A stretch of DNA of 57,815 bases, filler included, from Sphacelaria rigidula (taxonomy: Eukaryota), in assembly GCA_964200075.2 (NCBI GenBank). It is 8 parts of 8 records of this genome, joined end to end, with 100 filler letters (N's around TTAATTAATTAA, not from the genome) between each part and the next. Parts side by side here need not be neighbours in the genome. Positions count along the whole stretch, not along the records: positions 1 to 7,140 come from CAXNAA020016295.1; positions 7,241 to 14,380 come from CAXNAA020016296.1; 6 more parts are not named here. One strand, given 5' to 3'. The notes below the pieces were generated by a model, which saw nothing but the letters and a program-made list of their open reading frames with translations, did not search any database and was not told the origin of the DNA. Each line of letters opens with the position of its first letter. The first letter of the stretch is position 1. A program made the position numbers and the translations under genes. Shown here piece by piece: positions 1 through 12,047 of the stretch.

Positions 1-9
1 CTTTTGGGC

Positions 10-72
10 AATCAGGCCGAATAAATCGCGAATTTGGTGATTTTGAGTCGTGATGATTTGTCCTAACCGTGC
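10..72 (+). mobile_element. Terminal fragment of the CACGG-TIR (hAT-like) MITE family
   Basis: AATCAGGC..AATTTGGTGATTTTGAGTCGTGATGATTTGTCCTAACCGTG is nearly identical to 36200-36261 and similar to the 3' end of the full copy at 53364-53621. Confidence 0.7.
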
Positions 73-2744
73 AACACTTACGGAACCGAGGAATTCCTCT
101 CCTATTATAGTAGTAGTAGCTAATTATCTGAAGAACCGCATGGTCCCAAATTATTTGCGACACACTTTTCAGGTGCTCACATATTCGCAAAAAATAAGTA
201 GAAATACGGGCAATAAAACATGGCACTAACACGATGGGGTACACTTACTTTCGTCGTCTGGCCTTCATTGTTGGGAGGAGAGGCGCACCATCACAGCTCG
301 TTTCGCTCGTCAGGATCCAAGGATCTATCGGTTCGCGTGGGAGGAAGGGAGGAAGGAAGGAGATCAATCCGATCAACACAACACGGCATACGACGCCAAC
401 CTAGCAATATCAGGCGCCGTAGCGATTTGCTCTTCTCCCACTTCTGCGAGATGAAGAAAGAGGGCGTGACTGCGGTCGTGTAGCCAGCGTTTGTGCGGCG
501 CACAGCTGCGCTCCCGGCATACACCCGAAAAGCCCAACTCTGTTACTCCCTCACAATATGCGCACCCCACCTTTAAAAAAGAATGTTTAGCCTGACATGT
601 GTCTCCAGCGTGGTCTACAGTGAAATTATCCGAGGTTTCTTGCGCTGCGTAGCACAGGGAATCCAATCGCTCTGCAGGCTGCCAATGATCTCCGCAGCGT
701 ATTTATGTAGCCTTTGCTTCCTACGTCGTTGCAGATGTGGAGCTCCTTGTGCGGGTCTGTACGTCGTTATCAGGGGCAGACAGACTATGAAACGTAACCG
801 TCCCGGTATTGTCCCGCATATTTCATCATACTTGTGTTTTACCCAAAGATCTACCCGAGAAAGTTTGTGATAGACATATAAAATGGTTATGCTTTCACAA
901 CGTGCTCCCCGCGCTGAACAGTACAGTGCTGCGCCCTGCTTGCCATGAGAAAAATTGAACCGCGTTTGCGCCTACCGCGGGTCTGGCCGCATCAAGACTA
1001 CTGTGATCATCAAAATAGCAACTTACTCTCGCTCAACCCTTCAACCCTCGCCGGTCCCTTTGTCGCTGTATCAAGACTACAGCTGCGCACTGATCCCTCT
1101 GGTTGGCGTGCTGGATCTGATATTATAAAAAAATAATTCTAGGCCGCGAGCTGTGGAATGCTGTGGGCGCAATAATACTACAAGACAGGTGAGTGTGGTG
1201 CGAACCACAGATCAGCGTCCACGTTCATGTGTAACGGCGCATAACACCCCCCCCCCCCCCCCCTCACGGGTGGAAGCTCAATTCTTCTCACAGCTTCGAT
1301 GCTACTAGCGCTGAGACTTGCACCATTGGAAACATTTTTTCCATACCCATATCCATCCATTCACCAAATCTACCATAGGTAGTAAATTGTTTCTATCGAG
1401 AAAACGTAGCATGAAGAACTATCGACGGACGTGTTACACCTGTCATCACCCGTATGACAGTCTTGCGGTAAATGACGGAATATAACACCCCCATGTGATC
1501 ATGTTTGGACCTCCCGTTTTACGAGGGGAAAACACTTCTCCTTTTGGAATATCGTATGTATCGAAACATATCGATTGAACATTCACCAAAAAGTAAAAGA
1601 CTTTGATGTGAGCAGAGAAATCCCGGGAAAATCGAGTATTTTATATCTGTCACCTCGGTATGCATGATGTGCGACGGACAGGTACCGTCGGTTGAACATG
1701 TTGCATACGTGTCTCGTGTACTGTGAGGTTGTGCGGCGGCTGACTCTCAGTTTGCTCAAACAGGGTAGCAAGCCTTCATCAGAGTGGTATGTAACTATTG
1801 GGGAACTGAATGCATGACATGAGGTGGCGGTTGCCATTGTGGAAAGAGATTGACGTTGGCGTTGGTGTTCCTTTCTGACACCTGGCGAACGGTAGAACGG
1901 TTTGATCCATAACTGTCTGTGCCTGTGTGGTTAACCCACACTTGGCCGCACCCGATGTCAAGCATTGCACACACGACAAGCCCTTTGCTGGCTGAAACGT
2001 AGCGATAGCACCAACGTCGAGGCGCGTGAAGAAGTAGATATTTGCTCCTCACCTCTACGTGTGTCGCCAATCGCGTGATATCCTCAATACAGTACCAATG
2101 TTTCTAGCCATTGTAAAGTTACCGCCTGATCGCTTACCCACCCAGCCCCCTCCATGTTCATTCAACTCTTGTGCGTACTCTGTTCGGTTGTACAATTTAC
2201 GGTGACATTTCCATGTCTGAAACACAGACAGTATAGCCCTGGGAGGGGTACTAGTCGATGTGACTTTCCAAATAGCTTACTGTTTGACAATTACCAATGT
2301 TTACCGCGAAAAGTTGACGACTGGCAGTACAGGCACCGTCTAAAGTATTACTTACTCTGTCCCATAAGTCTGGGAACTTGTACGAGCCCTTAACGGTGTG
2401 ATATTTGATTTTCGATATTTTTATTGCATTCGTCGGCGTTTTGTCAGCTAGAACCAACGCTGTTTCTACAACGTGAGTACTTGACCCATGCAGCCGCGCG
2501 GCCGAAAAAAAGTAGGTCGATCCAAAAACAGTCATTTTTCGCTAGTTTTCCCAGGAGAGCATGAGAGACACGGGAACACGAAAAATCGCGAAAAACGGGG
2601 CAGAAACTGTGAAAATCGCGAAACCACCGTTGATTTAGGACATGCCCGTGAAGTTAACCTACGCACGCACCATCGAACATTTTGTTAGCATGTAGTTGCT
2701 AGTGCTCGACGTCAAAACGTCCAAAATCGATCAATGTTGTTGAT

Positions 2745-2805
2745 GTTGTCTTCACATTAAAAAGTCGTTCCGGTATCTGCGCAGTGCTGTACTGGGCATC
2801 TGGAT
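2745..2805 (-). repeat. Dispersed repeat, probable retroposon 3' end with (CAA)n tail
   Basis: (GTT)n-GTCTTCACATTAAAAA..TTCCG(G/A)TATCTGCGC..GTACTGGGCATCT recurs at about 51632-51712 on another contig. Confidence 0.55.
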
Positions 2806-3381
2806 GAGGTATAAATGGGTTAAAAAGAGTCAAAATGGGTATATTCGGACACCATATTAGTGTAGATAACCAGCTCTTTCTTTTTTTTCACATCAGCTTT
2901 GTTTGTAATTTATTTTTCCAACAAGCCCAACTATAGGGTGATCGTCAACATTTGTGAACAACCCGAACGATCAAATGCCCAGACTTATGAGACAGAGGAA
3001 GTATAGCACTGCATCGATCGTACTTGCCAACGGGTGTCGCATAGATCGCATATCAAGCACCTTCAGTAGTGCACAGTACAATGTGCTCACCATGCCCATC
3101 AGTCATGCGTATTCCGAACTTCTTGTCTGGCCGGTAATCGCTCTTTGCGGCGTTGCACTACTGTACGGTGCTGCACTGTACTCACTCCACTGTACACTGT
3201 TGAAATTAACGCAAAAACATACCACAAAATACCAGGAAATTTCGCTATTGGCCCGGGCGTTCTGAAGTGTTTTTTTGGGAGAGGGGATATACTCAGGGGC
3301 AAGCCTCAGGCTCAGGGAAAAGGATTCGGATACTCAAATTTTCCGTATGAAAACCCTGGGACGAAAACATTTAGGGAGATA

Positions 3382-3799
3382 TACGTTACACACGTGACAC
3401 ATTTGGAAAAAGCGGGGAAAACGTTACTTTGGGCCAATTAACGCTACGTAGGGTTTGATTTTTTGGACGGCACAAAGGTCACGCAACGTGATGTAACGTG
3501 AGGACCTTAAATCAGTGTCTCTTGGGATTTTCCAGATGTAAAAAAGGCTTGTTTCTGTGGATTTTTAACGTCACACGTCACACGTCACACGTCACACGTC
3601 ACAAATTCACGAAAATCGCAGAGTGTTCGTCACATTTGAAAAGTAAAACGCTATGTTAAGGTTCATGCGAAGGACTACACGTTACATCACGTTACGTTAC
3701 ATTTGTCCCATCGAAGAAATCAAACCTCACATAGCGTTAAATGACCCAAAGTTGCGTTTTTTCATATGTGTCACGTAAAAGCGTCACGTGTACCGTGTA
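3382..3799. mobile_element. MITE with ~120-bp imperfect TIRs and probable TA target duplication (Tc1/mariner-like)
   Basis: 3391-3500 is the imperfect reverse complement of about 3668-3790; ends TAC...GTA are each flanked by TA; internal (ACGTCAC)n run at about 3568-3602. Confidence 0.7.
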
Positions 3800-4912
3800 T
3801 ACCCATGAAAAATTTAGACTCAGGGCTTAGTGTTGTATTCCAACATCGAGCCTTGACCCTGGACGCTGAGAACGTTGCTATTCAGGGTCAGGTTTGTGGG
3901 TCGGGATTAGCAACGCCACGTCATCACAAAATCATTGCAAGGACACAGCTATACGGAAAGGTTACCAGGGGGTGATGGCAGAGACTGTCAACATACACGG
4001 CAGCTGGTCTTTATTCGTGCAAGCAAGGTTACGGTAGATAGTTTGAAGGGAGTCGTAGAGTGCGAGGGCTAGGAGACTCCACGAGATGATTTGTTGCGGT
4101 GGAGCGGGCACTTGCTTGGGCGGATGTACCGCAGCGGCGTATCGTGCGATGCCGACCGGGTAACGTAAATGATGCTACTACGTGTAAACCTAGCTGCACC
4201 TCTTTTGGTTCCATATTTAAACATGTACAGGGGATTGTTGGCTGGCGTGCATTCCGCCGGTGCCCTAAGGCAGGGGCGCTCAAGTTGTACGCTATTCCTA
4301 AAGTCTAAGCTGGGCCTGATGACTCGTGCGCTGCACACTTCTGCACGATAGTGTCGTAGTGTGTGCACATGACTGTAGTTGCACTACTGTGCTGCGCTGT
4401 TGCCCCATATTCGTCCGCTGTCTTTGCCGCACAGAGCAGACGGAACATGTGGCGGTACATGTGGCGTTGTACAGCAACTGACCATACACAACAGTACAGT
4501 AATGTTTACCTCTTCATGCCACGACGTCGGCCACGTCATCTGCTGTGTATCTCTGGGTAACCCTTAAAAAGTCTTAGACCCAAGGCTATGTTTTCCGTTC
4601 CGAAACTCTCGATCGCAAGCTATCTTCGGCAGGCTTAGAGCAGAGCATACGCAGGTTCCTTGCCTCAGAGATTCATTTCTCTTTGGGATTAGGTCAGCTC
4701 CTGATCTGCCTAAGGATGAGGGGAAAATCCTTCACGAAAGGTATGCAGGGAACCTGGGACCAAAAACCTCGTTTGCAGGACCCCAGGTACATGAGGAATA
4801 TGTCCTCCACAGTAGGTTATGTTTTTAATTTTGTCTTCGTGTAACTCTGTTGCTTCCCACCCTGCTCCCCACGGCCCGCTTGTGCTCGGGACTGCCACGC
4901 CACATCCTTCAG

Positions 4913-5720
4913 CACGACAGCAGGAGCCCTACTCGTGGGCGGCGACGGCGGCATGGACGTGAACAGGAAGGGAGTGCCCCCGGTGTCGCCCATGCCACTC
5001 GATTGTTGCAGTTATGGCGGCCATATTGCACCAGCATCGAGCTCTGGACGGTGTTATGGTGATGGGGGTGATGATACTGTTGCGTACATGACCTCTTGCG
5101 ACGGTCTTGATGGTGACAGCGCCGGTGGCGGTGATGAGCTGTTCGGAATTGTACTTAGCTCGACCATACACGGTGTCGGAGTCATCTCCGGTGATGGTGA
5201 GCATGAAAATGAAAATGAAAATGATGTTGATGATGATGATCGTGATGATAACGATGCGGCGGCAAAGTCCGCACCATCGCGAAAAAAAGACAACGTCGAT
5301 GGGGGCCATCGTCCCCTTGATTCCGCCCGACTGGCGCCATCAAGCACCCCCACCGTTTCCACCACCATGCAACACAAACGCCGTCGTCACCATGACGTTG
5401 ACGGTGCTGTTGCTGCGCCAGCAACACCATCCGCCCGAGAAATCACCGGTAAAAAGCCGCCCGTCCAACACACGGTACCCCAACGACCAAGGAGTGGCAG
5501 CACTAACCGTCGAAGGGAATCTGGAAAGGGTGCGGTGACGCGGGGGGCGGTCAGAACGACTGCTGCTACAGCCGTTGTCGCCAGTGTTGTGTCGACCTTT
5601 TCCTTGTGCCGCCAAGCGGGTGCGGCAGGAATTACTAAACCGGCCGCGAGGATGCCTGCAGCAGCAGCGACGGCGGCGGCGGGAGCTACCGCGATGGGGA
5701 CGACCGAGGGTCGTGTGCAG
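4913..5720 (+). CDS. Internal exon of an unknown low-complexity protein (Asp/Gly/Ala/Thr-rich)
   Basis: About 800 nt of stop-free GC-rich frame (ORF 4935-5822) bounded by acceptor CCTTCAG| at 4912 and donor CAG|GTACGT at 5720; no recognisable domain. Confidence 0.55.
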
Positions 5721-7034
5721 GTACGTCGTATCTTCAGTTTTTCTGTTTCTTGTCATGATGCTTTGAAGCGTGGAAACCAAAGTAGGAGTGAAAAGCATGA
5801 GCAGCAGCAGCGGTGGTGGTAGTCACGTCTTGGGCCCATGTACAGGTAGGCATGCGGAGCTCTCATGCTTGTTTTTTGTCATGATCCATTTCCGTGTGAA
5901 CTCTACTCGTAAGCAGCCGCAGCAGCGGCGGCGGCGGTAGCGGTGATCCCTGTTTCATGTTCAACAGCTGTCTCGCGTGTCATATTTTTAGAGCGTATGG
6001 CACAAACCGACGACGCGATCTCCTGGTGAACGTCTTTTCCGCATAGATCGAATTGTGTGCCAGGCGCATGTGCTCGCCGGGCCCGTATCTAACATGCTGC
6101 TGTGTTCCAACTGCCGCTAGCAGGCAAAGAACCGTGCACCTCTCGTCAACGAAGCGTTTTTGGATGTGGAATAGACGTTGGTTTCGATCACTTCACTCGT
6201 CAACACTACATGCACAACGCTCAACCTCTTCTTCTGCAGAGTTGTCTCTTGCCAGTGAGAGCCATGTACAGTAGGTCAATCAGCGCGAACGTTTTGTCAC
6301 TCGATTCCAATATGGGGATACGCCTGCGGTAGAGATCGGAAGGGGTTTCACTACGTCAAAGGAGTTTCAATCCCCCTCAAATACCCATTTGTTGCTTGTC
6401 GAAAGACTTCCCGACAAATCGAGAATCGAATCCCGGCAGAGACTGTACTTTTGCGCAGAATCTGATTTTTTTGCTCAAAGCGCGAGGCGGTCGGTAGCAA
6501 AGTAATTTCGCCCGAAAGCCCTCGGGATGCGGGGAATGCTGTTCAATCCTCGACAGCAGAATGTCAGGCAGGTGCGGGGGAAAGAGATCGGTTGATCTCT
6601 TAGGACTGCGAACTCGAGTCAAGAGAGGAAAGAGGTCGAATTTCAGGTAAAACAATCGCCCCACAATATGCATCGATAAGATTGAGCGCTTAAATCCTGA
6701 AACCACCAAAACGTTGTCATCAGAAGTTGGGAGAGAAGAAGTGAGTTCGTTGCGGGATCACCTGCGGATAGCAGGAAATGTAGTATGAAACATTCCATAT
6801 CTAGCTGACTATCATCATTTGTTCGTGTTCTTGTCGTATTCACAAACCTGCCCTCCCCTTCCTCTTCTTGGGAGGAGGTCGTTGTCCCAGAGGGTGTACC
6901 CATCCGTCTCCTTGCCACAGCTTGGTATTTTACTTGTGGCGAGCATGGGATCAATATTGTTCGTCGAAATATTGTTCCCAATCATTGTTCTCGCCTTCTC
7001 GGAGGGCAGAATCCAGGGAAAATAGTCTGCTGAC

Positions 7035-7140
7035 GAGTCATGCTACGATACGTGGGGGGGGAGGGGGGGTGTACTCATGATTATGCATGCCATAGTCATG
7101 CGTCCATTGACCTCGCATCCCTCCAATGCCGAGACCGCCC
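7035..7140 (+). mobile_element. GAGTCAT(C/G)CTACGATA-G-run TIR followed by a truncated copy of the 93-bp repeat
   Basis: The TIR matches 18251 and 21550; 7070-7140 matches the family at 16886-16978. Confidence 0.65.
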
Positions 7141-7240
7141 NNNNNNNNNNNNNNNNNNNNNNNNNNNNNNNNNNNNNNNNNNNNTTAATTAATTAANNNN
7201 NNNNNNNNNNNNNNNNNNNNNNNNNNNNNNNNNNNNNNNN
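7141..7240. other. Artificial 100-bp contig spacer (N44-TTAATTAATTAA-N44); same spacer at 14381-14480, 21621-21720, 28861-28960, 36100-36199, 43339-43438, 50578-50677
   Basis: Seven identical spacers with a linker giving stops in all six frames; the intervening contigs decrease monotonically from 7140 to 7138 bp. Confidence 0.98.
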
Positions 7241-7304
7241 AGGAGGGGCTCCTAACAATTCTAATCTCAGAAATTATTTTTGTACCCCTACCGTAGCATC
7301 ACTC

Positions 7305-8472
7305 GACCTCAGATCCGGAAACGATTGCATGGATCTCGATTTGGCCCAAATCGGGAAGGCTTAGACTCGTTTGTCACGATTTGAGAACGGTTTTACACGA
7401 ATCTGAGCGCAGATCCGTGGAAAATCGAGGTTCCCCGAATCTGTAGGAACTGACGTACGTATGTATGTTGACGCACCGTGATGGGGCAACAGGCGTTCGT
7501 TATTTTTGCAATAACAGCAGCACACAAACTCATGACAGCATAGACAGTGCCTGCGAGCGCCGGCTGCTGGAGCAGCTCCGCACGGGTTTTGACAAGCGGG
7601 TTAGAAGAATTGACGCCGTACCCTGCGGTGATGATGAAATTTTACTCCGCACTGTGCTGCTGCTGGGTGTATCATCATAACGAACGGTACTGTACCATCC
7701 TACACTCTGCTGTCGATCGCGGTTGTTGCAGGGTGATGAATGACACTACACTCGTGAACTCTTGCCGCACACTGTGCACTGTTCTCGCAATACCGACTGT
7801 ACCATCATGTATCACCACACGGCATTATCATTCGCTGTGGTTGTGGAGTGTACTGCACGGCATCATACCCTAGGGTACCACGGTACAACGCCGCTCTTGA
7901 AGGATGATTCCCTCCCTGCTATTGTTCGGCTCCACTGTAATACCACACCCGCCCAGAAAATGACCGTTCGTGTACAGAACAATTTCAACAAATCTGGGAA
8001 GCCAGCACCAAGTCACAGTGCAGTTGTTAAAGCCGGTCGCCCCGGTGGCTCAGTTAGTAACTGCGACACCTTCTGACGGTTGGGTCGTGGGTTCAATTCT
8101 CGGAGCGATCTGAATTTTTTACTCACACCGTGCTCAACGGCGGAGAGCGGCTATGTCGTGGGTACCCATAATTCGACGTAAGGGTCGACGAGGGAAGGGA
8201 ACTGCTGGGCACCGCAGAAGGAAGGTGGGGTAACAAAAACAAATGAAAAAATAAAAGTCTCCTGTGTTCATTAACCCTCCTCCTGTGTCACCCCGGCCTG
8301 TGCGCCCACATATACCGAACGGTGTAAACATGCGTCTAGAATATAATAGATGAGACGACAACACACACACGTACATGGGTACACGCGAATTTCAGTTTCG
8401 CGAATCTGGGTCCCCCCGACTTGGCACAGATTCGGGTCGCGCCAGATTCGGAATTGGCTACCATACAAATTG
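7305..8472 (+). mobile_element. Degenerate copy of the ~1.1-kb TIR element at 10645-11729, interrupted by a SINE
   Basis: Collinear similarity of 7305-8000 with 10696-11310, and of 8380-8472 with 11635-11725. Confidence 0.75.
8036..8370 (+). mobile_element. tRNA-derived SINE
   Basis: Head GCCCCGGTGGCTCAGTTAGTA (A box) and GGTTCAATTC (B box); body shared with 13048-13428; (CA)n tail. Confidence 0.85.
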
Positions 8473-9254
8473 GTTTTTTAGGAACCCTTTGGGGACCGGA
8501 CTCCCAGAAACATGGTGTTTGCCACTGTTGCATATCGGACAGAGATTAAAGCTCGATAGATATTTTTGAAATATCGAACCACAACCGCCGATATCAAAAT
8601 TTTTGTCGATATTCCGAAAATGACAGGATACGTATCGAATCTCGCTATAATACGATACGAAATAGCTGTTTTGGTATGGCCGCAGTGTACAAGACCGAGC
8701 GGTACACTCGCACTGACACCATCACCCACTATTATAGGTCGCTCAAGATACCACATCCCGTAGACCGCTTTTCTAAGCTTACTTACTCCTCACCAGAAGC
8801 GATCCCAGGGCTGAACTGGGCGGCGTTGCAACCATGTCGTCGTCGAGAGAAAGTGATCGAGCTTTGAAATTCGCTTCTGAGGGTATGGTATCTAAAGCAA
8901 CTTACACGGTAGTTTCCAGTGGACAGCAGTGGACACATGATGTACAGCAGCAGCGGGTAGTGTGCAAATTGACATCATAGCAGCGGCGGCATGCGGTGTT
9001 ACAGTTGTCTTGCGAATAGCTTTCGTCATCGTGCAAGATGTATTATAGTTGATCACAGCGGGCCGGGTGTGGTATTGGTAATTCTTCATTATTTCTAGAG
9101 TCACCATTCCGTGTGTTTCGATCGAATGAGCGCCTCGACTCTGCTCATTCATTCGAAAAGGGAAAAGTGTCAAAACGAACATGCGCAAACTCAAATGCGA
9201 GCTCTTTTTTTCAACGTCTTTCAACGTTTTTTACCACCCCCCTGCGTTCACTGA

Positions 9255-9362
9255 ACGGGTGGCCACTGGAGTTCCTGCAACCTTCAATTTGGACGTTACA
9301 GACGTGGCACAAGGTCTGTAACGTTCAAATTTGAGGTTACAGGCGCCCCAGTGGCCACCCGT
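9255..9362. repeat. ~108-bp foldback hairpin (palindromic MITE-like)
   Basis: ACGGGTGGCCACTGG..GGACGTTACAGAC / GTCTGTAACGTTC..CCAGTGGCCACCCGT with a ~10-nt loop. Confidence 0.85.
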
Positions 9363-10365
9363 GTGAATTTTGCACGAAAGGACCTTTTGTGAATCGGAAT
9401 GGTTTTCGGTCGTTTCCAAAACAAAATGATTCCGATTCACCAGAACGCTCGTGCTTGCAAACACCATGTTGCTTTGTGAATTGGCATAACTTTTACTCGA
9501 GAATAAAATCAATGAAGACCTGGCACAGAAGGAGAAGGTGGGGGAAGGTGGAAGGTGCCACAAACGTACCATCGGGGGAAATCTGGTCTCAGAAGGGATC
9601 TGGGGGGATATGATTTTTCGATGCGCATTCACACGCAGAGACACGACAACATCCATTGTTCATAACTCATGACGGTACTCATCACTTACCTGTCCGTAAA
9701 AGTTTTAGTGGTTGCAAAGTTGCGGCTGACGGGTGACATCAAGTAAAGATGGCCCGTCACCCCCTTGATCGAATGTTGGCACTGCAGAACCAAAAACACA
9801 GTTGCATGTACTGTGGCTCGCACCCCCGCAGATGATGTCCCGCGAGCCATGATTTTGCTGCTGCAGGTGATTACCGTGCTATGCAGCTAGCTGCTGCTGT
9901 TTGTTAGACGTGGAAATTGGCGAACAGCAGGTAGAGAATGAGAGGGTGTTGTTGGCCTGGTTTCCTGTAGGTGGAGGTGGATATAGATGTGTGGAGGGTT
10001 GTGTTGTATATTCGTTGTCAGTTCGCGGCTTTAGTGGGTGTATCGGTGTTGCGTGACCTGCGAAAGATATTTGAAATACTACTGAATATTGGTGTGAGTG
10101 TCAACAGAAAGACGTTGGAGAGAACTGCATTTAGAAGCAGTAGAGCTGAGGATTTGTACGTGAATAATGGTTGGTACTCGATTTTACTTGATTTTAAAAT
10201 GAACAAAGTTCTGAGAAAAATCATGGTCTGGGGCAGGTGAGTAGTCGACCCAGCTCGTCCAGAACGTGTTTTGGTCCAAAGGCGTCGATTTGAGCTCTGG
10301 CAACGCACACTTCTAGCGAAAACTCTGCACCCCCTCGCCCGAGGGTTCTCAGGATGCCTTGGTCG

Positions 10366-10394
10366 GGGTTAGGGTTAGGGTCAGCGTTAGGGTT
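10366..10394 (+). repeat. Short interstitial telomere-like (TTAGGG) tract
   Basis: GGGTTAGGGTTAGGGTCAGCGTTAGGGTT. Confidence 0.7.
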
Positions 10395-10644
10395 GGCAGC
10401 ATCTCCATATTACCAACCATTGTTTACGCACAAATCCTCAGGTCGCTTCTTTAGAAGTGACTTTATTACTTGGTAGTTGACATATTTTTCTCGGAAATAT
10501 ATGGTTTGTGCAGGTGCGGATGATCATAACTGCAGGTGCGGTGATTAGGGTGTTTGCGAAGACCAAAATCGGGTCCGGTATTGAAATCCAGAGCAAGACC
10601 GGAATGTAACCCCATTTCGGTTCAACAACTAGATTTTAAATCGT

Positions 10645-11729
10645 GAGACCACTTTGTACGGCATTCGAAAAAATAAATCTGTACGCAGATCAGGGGACCT
10701 CAGATCCGCGAACGCATTGTATGGATCTCAATGGGGCCCAAAATCGGGGAAGCTCAGATTTGTTCATCACGATTTGAGAACAGTTTTACGCGAATCTTTT
10801 GCAGCAGCAGCAGCAAACGGGCTCGTGACAGCACAGACTGTGCCTGCGAGCGCCGGCTGGTGGAGCAGCTCCGCACGGGGTTTGACAAGCGGATAAGAAG
10901 TGTTGACGCCGTACCTGCGGCGATGGCAAACTTTTATGCTGCACTGTACTGCTGTGTATGTATCATCATGACGAACGGTACTACTGTACAATCCTACCCC
11001 CTGGTGTTGCGGTACTTGCAGGGTGGTGAATGACACTGCACTCGTAAACTCCTATGTCGCGTACTGTGCATTGTTCTCGCAATGCCGACTGTACCATAAT
11101 GTGCTACTACAGGGCATTATCGTGTACTGTGATTGTGTAGTATGCTTCACAACATCAACATTATACACAAGGGTACCACTGTACCAAGGTACGACGCTGC
11201 TCCTGAAGGATGATTTCAGGCCTCCCTGTTCGTTGGCTTCACTGTGATACCACACCCGTCCAGAAAATGACCGTTCATGTACGGAGCAATTTCAAAAAAT
11301 CTATGAAGCCATAAATTTACAGGGGTATTATTATCTAGGGTTGTCTTTTATCATCTTTTCTCTTCCTTTCTTTCGGTGTACATTTTTGACAGATCTGGCG
11401 TTTGTTGTTTGTGTGTTTGTTTGTTTTTCTTTCTTTCTTTGCTCTCCCCGTTGAATTCGGGGTCGTTACTTCTCACCGGTTTTCGTGGCGTCTTTCTTCA
11501 TATATATTTTTATTTTTGGCAATGTGTCTTGTAAGGAATAGCAGGAAATGGTATTGGAAAGGCAAGCCTGCGTCTGGGACCACGGGTTCGCGAGATCGGA
11601 CTAATGTGCGGAAATAAGAAGACGAAGAATTAACACACGAATCTAATTTTCACGAATCTGGGTCTCCCCGATCCGACACAGATTCGGGTCCCGCCAGATT
11701 CAGGATTGGCCGCAATACAAAGTGGTCTG
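10645..11729 (+). mobile_element. ~1.1-kb non-autonomous DNA transposon
   Basis: TIR AGACCACTTTGTA ... TACAAAGTGGTCT; second copy at 7305-8472; no clear TSD. Confidence 0.7.
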
Positions 11730-11745
11730 ACAAACATCGTATCAG

Positions 11746-12047
11746 CCTCAGACCGCGGTGCGGGTATTCCATCCAGAACGTGCATACTTTTTTGAAGTGA
11801 ATATTGATGCCGAATCAGCAGGTGACCTGCCCTCGCGGTCTAAGGGTTAATCCTTAGACCGCGACGGTAGTTCATTTGGATTTTGCATTATATTTGCAAG
11901 TGAATATGATGCCGATTCGACGGATGACCTGCTCTCGCTGTCCAAGGGTTAAGGGTTACCCCTTTAGACTGCGAGGGGGTATATAGTCCATCTGGATCAT
12001 GCATATTTTTTTGAAGTGAAATTGATACCGATTCAACAGATGATGGC
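11746..12047 (+). mobile_element. Three tandem ~100-bp piggyBac-like MITEs
   Basis: Units begin CC(C)TTAGACCGCGA-like; the first two end CTCGC(G/T)GTC(T/C)AAGGG followed by TTAA (11847-11850, 11949-11952); third unit 3'-truncated. Confidence 0.75.

Noticed and set aside
7185-7196. Periodic TTAATTAATTAA motif every ~7.24 kb as a biological repeat or array
   Set aside because: It is embedded in fixed N runs and is an assembly linker.
8036-8110. Functional tRNA genes at 8036 and 13048
   Set aside because: D and T arms are imperfect and both continue into a shared ~300-bp body and CA tail, so they are SINE heads.
9231-9656. 141-aa ORF with H/C residues as an integrase zinc finger
   Set aside because: The HTGGHWG..C segment is the translation of a DNA palindrome; no integrase core follows.
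11746-12047. CRISPR-like repeat-spacer array
   Set aside because: Whole units are homologous, with no unique spacers and no cas genes; the context is eukaryotic.
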